Shown piece by piece: positions 1 to 7,852 of a stretch of 64,000 nt of DNA. The stretch lies in NCBI GenBank assembly GCA_031278455.1, contig JAITKJ010000026.1, forward strand, positions 503 through 64,502, written 5' to 3'. Each line of letters begins with the position of its first letter. The stretch's first letter is position 1. The position numbers were made by a program, and so were the translations under genes. The notes below the pieces were generated by a model that saw nothing but the letters and a program-made list of their open reading frames with translations, made no database searches and had not been told where the DNA came from. The DNA comes from Puniceicoccales bacterium. Lineage in GTDB: Bacteria > Verrucomicrobiota > Verrucomicrobiia > Opitutales > JAIRLM01.

Positions 1-84
1 TGTCAGTTTCTGAAAATCCTTTTCGTTCTACATGCGCTCATGTAAAAATGGTCGCGCAACATAGTAGTACTATCAGTGTGCGAA

Positions 85-333
85 TCAAAAAAATAGTTTA
101 GTTCTGATGCTACCAAAACGCGGATAATCATCGCCATCTGTCGGACTGACGGACCGGCCGCTGCACATAATATACCCTAGAAAAGAAATACACATTTTGG
201 CCAAAAAGTCAATGATAGCGAATCGAAGAATCGATCTTAAGATGTCAAGCGAAAAACGAATAGCTAGGCATAACTCAGAGCCCTTTGATTCAGTGGGTTT
301 TGGGTGAAAAGTTCTATATTTATCATCATTCAT
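85..333 (-). CDS. small hypothetical protein (82 aa), possibly co-translated with the upstream lyase gene
   Basis: An internal ATG at 333 in the 85..384 ORF overlaps the TGA stop of the 330..1784 ORF (ATGA). There is one hydrophobic stretch (AIIDFLAKMCISFLGYIMC). No family recognised. Confidence 0.3.
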   Translation of the reverse strand: MNDDKYRTFHPKPTESKGSELCLAIRFSLDILRSILRFAIIDFLAKMCISFLGYIMCSGRSVSPTDGDDYPRFGSIRTKLFF

Positions 334-1784
334 ATGCCGCCAGGCATGTCGCGTGAAAACTGCGCCATGAGCAGATTTGGCCAATTTTCTATCGGGCGAA
401 GTTTGCCGAAATAAGAACGTTGCACGGTTGGTTCCTCGATAAATTCAAGACCGCCGATGAGATGGCGATTACTAAAAAGCCAGCAAAATCGATCGGCGAT
501 AAATTTCATGTGGGACAGGGTGAAAACGCGCTTCGGAATCGAAAGGCGCACCAATTCAAGGGGAGGGAAAATTTCGGAACCATCGGCATTTCGCTGCTGA
601 GAAAGTACGCCCATTTCTGCGCAACGGATTCCGCCAGCCAAATAAATTGCTGCAGCCAGAGCGCCAGCTGGGTATTGCTCCCTGGGAACGTGGTCAAGAA
701 ATTGCATAGCGTCGATGTAGCAGCCGAGGCCACCGAAAGGGCGGACAACGGGAATCCCGGCTTCAACCAGCAATTTGCCGAGGAATTCCACGAAAAGGGG
801 TACCTGTGCGACTACATCCAAGATTAAAGTTTGCTCAATGCCGACGGCCATGGCCTCCATCTCCCGCGCCGGCATTCCTCCATGCATCCAAAATCCTTCA
901 TAGAGCGGAAGTAGTTCGCGCAGTTTTTCATAAAGTTTTTCATCGCCAGTAACCATTCCGCCGCCGTGGGCGCATCCAAATTTACGACCAGAAAAATAGA
1001 TAAGATCCGGAAGGGTGGCCAGCTCGCGGATGATGCCGGCCAGTAATTTGTCGCGGCATTCGCTTTCTCGTGTCTTTATAAAGTAGAGATTATCAGAGAG
1101 CAAACTTGCGTCCATAATCAACGGAATGCAATTACCTCTGCAAAACCGCGAAACCTCCCGCATATTTTCTAGCGCCACCGGTTGCCCGCCGACAAAATTT
1201 GTTCCACACTCAATGCGCACGAATGCAATGCGGTCACGGCCGAACATTTCAACGGCACTTGTTAATTTTTGTAGATCGAAATTTCCCTTAAATGGATAAT
1301 CGCTTTGAGGAGTAAAGGCTTCGTCGATGATCATATTTTCTATTTGTCCGCCAAGTCGCGCCACATGGGCTTTTATGGTCGTGAAATGATAATTGGTAAG
1401 GACAATATTTTTGGGCCCAATAAATGTATTTGTGATGATGTTTTCACAGGCGCGCCCTTGGTGCGTCGGTAAAAAATAGGGAAGGCCGAAAACTTCTTCA
1501 ATGGTCCTGCGGAGTCGAAAAAAGCTTTCCGAACCAGCATAGCTATCGTCGGCTCGCAGCATGGCAGCGTATTGTTGCACATCCATGGCGTTCACTCCGC
1601 TGTCGGTCAGCATGTCCAGAAAGACGTCTCGGGCAGCCAGTAAATATCCGTTGTATCCTGCGGCGCGAATGATACGGGCCCTTTCATTTGGCGATGGCAG
1701 TGTGGCCCGGTGAACCATTCGCACGCGGTGTGTTTCGATGGGAATTCGTTTCCCGGAGAAAAATTTTATATTGTCGGCATCCAT
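330..1784 (-). CDS. PLP-dependent beta-eliminating lyase (tryptophanase / tyrosine phenol-lyase family)
   Basis: The 484-aa ORF is colinear with TnaA/TPL as I recall them. Motifs: LTDSGVNAM, DSYAGS, PTHQGR, FKGNFDL, GGQPV, PLP-lysine context FSGRK, EMEAMAVG, LVRLSIPKRVFT. I cannot tell Trp from Tyr specificity by eye. Confidence 0.8.
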   Translation of the reverse strand: MDADNIKFFSGKRIPIETHRVRMVHRATLPSPNERARIIRAAGYNGYLLAARDVFLDMLTDSGVNAMDVQQYAAMLRADDSYAGSESFFRLRRTIEEVFGLPYFLPTHQGRACENIITNTFIGPKNIVLTNYHFTTIKAHVARLGGQIENMIIDEAFTPQSDYPFKGNFDLQKLTSAVEMFGRDRIAFVRIECGTNFVGGQPVALENMREVSRFCRGNCIPLIMDASLLSDNLYFIKTRESECRDKLLAGIIRELATLPDLIYFSGRKFGCAHGGGMVTGDEKLYEKLRELLPLYEGFWMHGGMPAREMEAMAVGIEQTLILDVVAQVPLFVEFLGKLLVEAGIPVVRPFGGLGCYIDAMQFLDHVPREQYPAGALAAAIYLAGGIRCAEMGVLSQQRNADGSEIFPPLELVRLSIPKRVFTLSHMKFIADRFCWLFSNRHLIGGLEFIEEPTVQRSYFGKLRPIENWPNLLMAQFSRDMPGGI

Positions 1785-1955
1785 GGAAAATCTGCGGTTA
1801 GCAGGGAAAATTTTTTTCGAAATTGCAAAGTCCTAATGGTTTTTTGAGCGCCATTGTCCGCTGGACTTGGACAGAAACAGAGCTGATGGCTTGCGGGAAA
1901 CGTGTTACGATGAAGTGCTTGCTTTCGCCGCAGTTTATTTTGTTATTTCAATGAT

Positions 1956-2624
1956 GTGAATACCGAGGACGTACGGCGAGTTTGGCCAAGATTATTACGG
2001 AAACGGATTCGTCTTTTGTGCGATAAATTAAAGATTAAAACGTACGGTGAGTCGTGTTTGCTTGCTCAAGGAGATCCGGTAAAAGTTTTCAGTAAAGATT
2101 TGGAATCACTTTGCTGGGCCATGTTGAATATCATGGACCGAACTGGCGGCATTGGACTTGCCGCACAACAGGTTGGAAGAAAAGAACGGGTTTGTGTTAT
2201 TGACACTTCCTGCCAGTGGGACAAGCAGACGCTCGTGGAGCAAGATGGCAGAGACCTCCTCCATCAGCCAATGGATGATTCTCTGTTCCCGCTCTTTCTC
2301 GTTAATGGCAAAATAATTGTCCGTTCGGAAGAATTATTAGAACTTTCAGAAGGCTGTTTGTCCATCCCTGGAATTTACGCGCGTACGCGGAGGCATCGGG
2401 TGGTCACCGTTTCCTATCAGGATCAATGGGGCAATCCCCATTGCATCAGTGCAGATGGACTTCTGGGCCATTGCATGCAGCATGAACTTGACCATAACAA
2501 CGGAATCCTCTTTATCAATCCAGAACGGCTGCTTGCTGAAGATTTAGGGAAAGTCCAGCTGCTGCTATACGAGCAGTCTCAGCAATATGTAAGGGCCAAA
2601 TCAGGCCGCGAAAGTTTTTCGTGA
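1956..2624 (+). CDS. def: peptide deformylase
   Basis: The three PDF motifs are present: GIGLAAQQVG, EGCLSIPG, HELDH. The ORF opens at GTG 1956, but the true start may be downstream (for example in-frame TTG at 2016, giving MCDKLKIKTYGE...). Confidence 0.85.
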   Translation: MNTEDVRRVWPRLLRKRIRLLCDKLKIKTYGESCLLAQGDPVKVFSKDLESLCWAMLNIMDRTGGIGLAAQQVGRKERVCVIDTSCQWDKQTLVEQDGRDLLHQPMDDSLFPLFLVNGKIIVRSEELLELSEGCLSIPGIYARTRRHRVVTVSYQDQWGNPHCISADGLLGHCMQHELDHNNGILFINPERLLAEDLGKVQLLLYEQSQQYVRAKSGRESFS

Positions 2625-2696
2625 CCACGAAATGTCTTGCATCGAAAAAGTCAGCGAGATTAGCTCGTTATCACATGTGAAGGGGGTGAGTTAGAA

Positions 2697-2903
2697 ATGC
2701 CTACCATTGAGGTTGTTCTTCGCAAGGGAGAAGGTGTCGAGAAGGCGCTCCGCCGGCTAAAAAAGCGCTTGGACCGGGAATCGGTTCTTGGAGACGCGAA
2801 AACGAAAAGATATTATGAAAAGCCGTCGGAAAAAAGGCGGCGAAAGATGAAGATAGCAAAATTCACAAATTACCTCCGCAGTCGGAAAGATAAGGAGGAA
2901 TGA
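2697..2903 (+). CDS. rpsU: 30S ribosomal protein S21
   Basis: 68-aa basic protein MPTIEVVLRKGEGVEKALRRLKKRL...YYEKPSEKRRRK, a typical bS21. A GGGGGTGAG purine-rich stretch lies upstream of the ATG. Confidence 0.9.
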   Translation: MPTIEVVLRKGEGVEKALRRLKKRLDRESVLGDAKTKRYYEKPSEKRRRKMKIAKFTNYLRSRKDKEE

Positions 2904-2908
2904 TTTAT

Positions 2909-2951
2909 GGGTGTGCGTATTATACGTATCACCCTCAGGAGAATATTTTTT
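2909..2951 (+). terminator. candidate stem-loop between convergent rpsU and the 2963..3460 gene
   Basis: Imperfect stem of about 11 bp, GGGTGTGCGTA / TACGTA(T)CACCC, at 2909..2934. A T6 run lies at 2946..2951. The T-run is 12 nt from the stem, so this is not a textbook intrinsic terminator. Confidence 0.3.
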
Positions 2952-2962
2952 CTCCTTGATTT

Positions 2963-3460
2963 TTACTCATCGACAAAGAGAAAGTCGGGTTGTCCGCGCA
3001 CATTTGCCGGTGCGTTTGTCATTAGCGGGATTTTATTATCCGTTCGAATGACCAAAATTGGTTCCTTGGTTTTGACCCATACCCCCTGTGGTTTCAGAAA
3101 TTTGGCCTGAACAACTTCGCAGACGTCGGTTATAGATTGGACCGGGTCGCGCACGCCCTTTTTGGACTGATTAAAATCATATGCTGCGCGAATGAGCTTC
3201 GCCGGCACCTCGAGAGGGCTTTGATCCTCTGGTATTTGTAACACCCATCCCGTGAAAAGCTCACCGGTAAACTTCCCGCTTGGATCCGATATGAGAATTA
3301 CGAATTGTTTTTTTACCGGCGGCAGCAACTCGCCAGACTCGGATGCATCGGGGCCGCCGACCTCCAATTCCAAATCCTCCAATACCTGACTAATCGTCTC
3401 AAAATCAATTTCATTGCGCTGCAAAACCTTTCGGACCAAGTCAATGTCCACCTTTGCCAT
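2963..3460 (-). CDS. hypothetical protein (165 aa)
   Basis: Clean ORF with an acidic N-terminal region. No motif I can assign. Sits convergent to rpsU. Confidence 0.5.
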   Translation of the reverse strand: MAKVDIDLVRKVLQRNEIDFETISQVLEDLELEVGGPDASESGELLPPVKKQFVILISDPSGKFTGELFTGWVLQIPEDQSPLEVPAKLIRAAYDFNQSKKGVRDPVQSITDVCEVVQAKFLKPQGVWVKTKEPILVIRTDNKIPLMTNAPANVRGQPDFLFVDE

Positions 3461-3573
3461 ATTCGGCTTCTAAGGCATCGGAAAATCTGTTCAACGTTAT
3501 TCCGAAATCCTTTTTCAGGCCAGTAATGCTCCCTCCGCGCGAGGTCCTACGGTAAATACACTGGAGCGGAGAA

Positions 3574-4734
3574 TTAATTTTTGAGGTGTGGATTTTTCGG
3601 AATACAAAGTCGTTCGGCGAGGAGGGCCAAAGCGCCATTTCCAAAGACATTGATAGCTGTTATGATAGGGCAGGCCAGGATATTAATGGTGAAAATGGCC
3701 GAGCACATTTCCCCCTCGAAGTGCAGATAGCGCTCTAAAATGGGCAACATGACAAGAATGCTCCCCCCTGGGACTCCAACGACTGAAAATTTTGCCAGCA
3801 TCGCCCATATGATGAACGACCCGATGGATAGAACCGGCGGGAATGGGGCCTGATGTCCGGCCAGAATGGCGAAGGCCAGAATGGAAATGGTGAAATTATT
3901 TCCAATGAGATGGACGTTGGTGCTTATTGGAACCGTGGAACGGGCGAGCGTTTCGTCCCGTCCATTGCGCCCCACGCATTCAATGGTAATTGGCATGGTT
4001 GCGGCGGATGACATGGAGCAAAAAGCGCAAGAAATGGCGGGGAGCATATTTTTGACGCATTGGCACACCACTCGCCACGAAAAGCCAACCGCCAGGGCGT
4101 AGAGGAATAAAATATACAATAAGCTTACGGCGATGACGATTCCAAATGGGGCGGCATAGTTTTTAAAAAAAGCGACCAGCGAGTCTTCGTGGCAAATTTT
4201 CAGCGTGAAACCAAAAATGAACGCCGGGAGAACAATCCGTATAACTTGCAGGATTTTTGAAATGGCCTGGGCAAAAATTTCGTTTGCCCTCTGTGAAAAA
4301 TTTGGGAAATACCGAGGCAGCAGGATTCCCATTAAAATTCCGCTCAACATTGCCAAATCGTTGCGGATTATTGCTGGCAGTCGGAAGGCAAAAGACGGGA
4401 TCAACTCGGCTACAGTGGACATGGCCGCAAATGCCATGGGTGCTTTGTAAAAAAGGAGGCCGATACCGGAGCCGGTGATGGTGGCAATTGCATTGGACAG
4501 GCAAATGAGCAATAATATGCGCGCGATGATGCGGGGTGCGTTTTTCGAAAAATACGCACATGCCCCAAATAAAAGCATAAAAATAATAAGCGGCAGAAAA
4601 AATAATATAATTTCCTTTATGGCCAAGCTAATGGCTAAGAAAAACCGCTGCCCGGAGAGACACATCGCAGGCTCGATGAGCGGTGTGGCAAACATGACAA
4701 CGAGCAATAAAAATGGCATCCTGCTCGATTTCAT
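3574..4734 (-). CDS. dicarboxylate/amino acid:cation symporter (DAACS/SDF family)
   Basis: Polytopic membrane protein with family-typical segments CSMSSAATMPITIECV and VPISTNVHLIGNNFT, and the reentrant-loop-like GVPGGSILVM. Confidence 0.7.
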   Translation of the reverse strand: MKSSRMPFLLLVVMFATPLIEPAMCLSGQRFFLAISLAIKEIILFFLPLIIFMLLFGACAYFSKNAPRIIARILLLICLSNAIATITGSGIGLLFYKAPMAFAAMSTVAELIPSFAFRLPAIIRNDLAMLSGILMGILLPRYFPNFSQRANEIFAQAISKILQVIRIVLPAFIFGFTLKICHEDSLVAFFKNYAAPFGIVIAVSLLYILFLYALAVGFSWRVVCQCVKNMLPAISCAFCSMSSAATMPITIECVGRNGRDETLARSTVPISTNVHLIGNNFTISILAFAILAGHQAPFPPVLSIGSFIIWAMLAKFSVVGVPGGSILVMLPILERYLHFEGEMCSAIFTINILACPIITAINVFGNGALALLAERLCIPKNPHLKN

Positions 4735-4839
4735 TGTATGAGCCTTGATAAAGAACGGTTACTTTAAAACATTTTTTGTGAATAACATTAAAAAAAAGTC
4801 CAAGGTTGCCAAAGTGGGTAATTTTGAATCCATTTTCTC

Positions 4840-6672
4840 ATGCTTCAAGCGGAGGGTGTTACCTATCAGATCGGCACGCGGGTGCTTTTCAATGACATTT
4901 TCTTTTCCATTCCGGTCGGCGCGAAGGTGGGAATCGTTGGCCCAAACGGCGTCGGAAAGACGACCTTATTTCGCCTGATTCTCGGCGAAATTACACCAGA
5001 TCGAGGGGAAATTTCCCATCCACAAAATTGTCGCTTTGTCCACGTACGCCAAGAAATGGATGATATGCAAAAAACGGCCCTCGACCTGGTGCTTGGCGCG
5101 GATGAGGAGTTAACCCGGCTGAAAATCCTGCTGGAGAATGATTCGGCCATGGACGGAAACCAGTTGGCAGATTTATATGACCGATTTGCGGACATGGGTG
5201 GATTTGATGCTGAAGCACGGGCAGCGACCATACTTTCTGGTCTTGGATTTTCGGAGGCGATGATGCGGAAACCCATCGGCGAATTTTCCGGTGGTTGGCG
5301 GGTTCGGGCCGCACTGGCGTCCACACTTTTTGCCCCATCGGACTGTCTTCTTCTGGATGAACCAACCAACCATTTGGACTTCGAGACGGCCATTTGGCTG
5401 GAGAGCCATCTAAAACGCACCAACAAGACCATGCTCGTCATATCCCATGAGAAAAGTTTTCTCAATGACGTCTGCGACCACATTCTCCACCTGCACGACG
5501 CGATGGCGCAGCTATTTCGGGGCAATTATGATACCTTTCGATCCACATTTGAAGGCTTACAGCGGTCGCAAAGGGCAGAAGGCATAGCCCTGGAGCGGAA
5601 GCGGGAACATTTGCAATCCTTTGTGGACCGTTTTCGGGCGAAGGCTTCAAAGGCGAAACAGGCGCAAAGTCGCATGAAAATGCTGGAAAAGTTAGGCAAC
5701 CCGCCGCCGCCGCCGGCAACATATTCGGTGACATTTCAGTTTCCAGTTCCGTCGCCCAAAATTGACCGCCGCTTTGTTTCCGCAGAGCACATTGTACTGG
5801 GATACGACGGGATCCCGGTACTCCGTGGGGTAAATTTGCAAATCAACGACGGGGATCGAGTTGCCCTGCTTGGCGCCAACGGGAACGGTAAATCCACGTT
5901 GGCCAAGGCGCTCGCTCGCCAGCTCGCGCCCAAAACGGGAACGTTGGAATACGCGCGTTCGCTCAAAATTGCCTATTTTGCCCAGCACCAGGAGGAAATT
6001 TTGGATTTGGATAAAACATCCGTTGAAGTTTTTCAAATCCTTCGGCCCGGGCAAACGGAAACACAGGTTCGTGGTCAACTCGCCCGCTTTGGAATCGTGA
6101 AGGAACGCAGCGTAACCCGTATCAGGCATCTTTCCGGCGGAGAAAAAACACGTCTCCTGCTGGCCATCGCGACTCTGGACCAGCCGCATTTACTCGTCCT
6201 CGACGAACCGACCAATCATTTGGACGTTGAGGCCCGCGAGGCCCTTGTGGGCGCAATTAACGGATACGCGGGGGCGGTATTGCTCGTGACCCATGATTTT
6301 CAGACCCTTCGGGATACATGCCGCGATTTTTATATCGTTGATGGCGGCACGTGTCGAAAGTTCAACGGCCCACTGGAAGCCTACGTAGATTGGCTATTGG
6401 AACGTGGCACCGATTCAGGCAGCAAAAAAGCTGCAAAAAGTTCAGCACCTCGGACGCAGAGAGAAAAACCATCGGATGTGGCGCGGCGCATGGGAGAAAT
6501 CAGCCGACAACTGGAGGAAAGAACGGCTGCGTTGGGGGCTGCAGAAAATGAATTGTCTGCCGAATTTAACGAGGAAATCTATCAAAAGTTCCTCCGACTG
6601 CAGGAAGAAGTCCAACGATTGGAAACAACTTACGTTGAACTCATGGGCAAAACGGAAAGTGGCGGCCGGTGA
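4840..6672 (+). CDS. ABC-F family ATPase (tandem ABC domains, no membrane domain)
   Basis: Two Walker A motifs (GPNGVGKTT, GANGNGKST), two signatures (FSGGWRVRAALA, LSGGEKTRLLLA) and two Walker B motifs (LLLDEPTNHLD, LVLDEPTNHLD). There is a charged inter-domain linker and a C-terminal coiled-coil tail. Confidence 0.85.
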   Translation: MLQAEGVTYQIGTRVLFNDIFFSIPVGAKVGIVGPNGVGKTTLFRLILGEITPDRGEISHPQNCRFVHVRQEMDDMQKTALDLVLGADEELTRLKILLENDSAMDGNQLADLYDRFADMGGFDAEARAATILSGLGFSEAMMRKPIGEFSGGWRVRAALASTLFAPSDCLLLDEPTNHLDFETAIWLESHLKRTNKTMLVISHEKSFLNDVCDHILHLHDAMAQLFRGNYDTFRSTFEGLQRSQRAEGIALERKREHLQSFVDRFRAKASKAKQAQSRMKMLEKLGNPPPPPATYSVTFQFPVPSPKIDRRFVSAEHIVLGYDGIPVLRGVNLQINDGDRVALLGANGNGKSTLAKALARQLAPKTGTLEYARSLKIAYFAQHQEEILDLDKTSVEVFQILRPGQTETQVRGQLARFGIVKERSVTRIRHLSGGEKTRLLLAIATLDQPHLLVLDEPTNHLDVEAREALVGAINGYAGAVLLVTHDFQTLRDTCRDFYIVDGGTCRKFNGPLEAYVDWLLERGTDSGSKKAAKSSAPRTQREKPSDVARRMGEISRQLEERTAALGAAENELSAEFNEEIYQKFLRLQEEVQRLETTYVELMGKTESGGR

Positions 6673-6744
6673 CCCGGTTGAGGAAAATTCAACAGACCAC
6701 TTGATTAACTTGCAAAACTGCCATTTTTCAGATTAACTTGCCCT

Positions 6745-7377
6745 ATGGCGGGGGACGAACATTCGAATGGGGAGGCGTATGTGTCGGACGACGCAGTTCT
6801 TGGAAACTACGCACCCGCGGATGAGTACGTTATTTTTAACGTGGAGTCTGAGACGATTGGTAAAGACAAGCGGCCAATTCGTGTGGCTTTCATAAAAACC
6901 GACGGAACCGCCAGGCGAGAGTTTTTTAAATTCATAACCCAGACCTGCATTATGATCGTGCTCGTCATGGGCGGCGTTTACTTCATCCAACGGAGTTACG
7001 ACGAAGATGCAACATTTTATGCCGCAGTTGGCAAAATGTCTTCGGCACCCGTGCCCGTTGATAACGGGACTTCTCTTCAATCCCGCATCCGCGTAGTTGG
7101 GGCGGGAACTGGGGCAATGAAGAATCTGGTGGCCGGTTCGCTGGATGGCGCCATCCGAGCCCTAGACATCCGCGGAGTCCGTGTGTCTGCAAGTGGCGGC
7201 TCCCAGGCGCTCATTGGAACCCAGGTGGTCAGACCTGGAGACCCCATATGGGCAGGCTTACAGAGGGTAGTTTTTAAAGGCATTGACGGAGAAAAAATGG
7301 TTTTTGAAGACGCCTCTGGGAGATCCTACTTGAGAAATTTAAAAGCAGCCCCGACCAGAATCGCTATGGGACTCTAA
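6745..7377 (+). CDS. single-pass membrane protein, hypothetical
   Basis: One TM segment (CIMIVLVMGGVYFI). The C-terminal part (RVSASGGSQALIGTQVVRPGDPIWAGLQRVVFKGIDGEKMVFED) loosely resembles PilP/GspC-HR type beta domains. Weak. Confidence 0.45.
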   Translation: MAGDEHSNGEAYVSDDAVLGNYAPADEYVIFNVESETIGKDKRPIRVAFIKTDGTARREFFKFITQTCIMIVLVMGGVYFIQRSYDEDATFYAAVGKMSSAPVPVDNGTSLQSRIRVVGAGTGAMKNLVAGSLDGAIRALDIRGVRVSASGGSQALIGTQVVRPGDPIWAGLQRVVFKGIDGEKMVFEDASGRSYLRNLKAAPTRIAMGL

Positions 7378-7418
7378 TGAATATCAACCCAAGATTAAAT
7401 TTGTGAACGTCCGAAATT

Positions 7419-7456
7419 AGGGCCTGTTACTGCTTCTTGACACTGCAACAGGCCCT
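7419..7456 (+). other. perfect 10-bp inverted repeat (hairpin) downstream of 6745..7377
   Basis: AGGGCCTGTT (7419..7428) and AACAGGCCCT (7447..7456) flank an 18-nt loop. No T-run follows. Confidence 0.25.
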
Positions 7457-7852
7457 AGCCAACAACGACTTTAGTCGCAGCAGCTCGCATGTGCCATCGC
7501 CTGGAGTTGAATTGATAAGACAAACCAAACTGCAGCGTGAAATTTCTTTATTCTCAAAATCGCAAATATCGCTCGATTTCGCCGATTGCGTTTTCGAATT
7601 CACGGCAGGTTGTCCACCGGCATCCATTCTGCCTCAATAATCCAAGCCGCAATGGCTGCCCGAAAGGCTAAGCCAGCTGCGGCGAAAAATCCTCGCGGTC
7701 AGCCGTTGAGGGGGAAAAACATGCACAGAAGCGGCATAAAGGAATTATAAAAAAATAAAATTCCACTAACTATTTGCCGAGTAATCTGTTATGCGCCTAA
7801 CGCCGTATCGCGACCAACAGCTCATAAAAAGTCCAGGTACGATTTAAAACTT

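Noticed and set aside
7645-7683. Nested hairpin GCCGCA..GGCT..GCC-CGAAA-GGC..AGCC..TGCGGC as a possible SRP or other known ncRNA
   Set aside because: It has no SRP domain IV motif (GGAA/AGCA symmetric loop), and its length is too short. It is possibly just a terminator-like structure.
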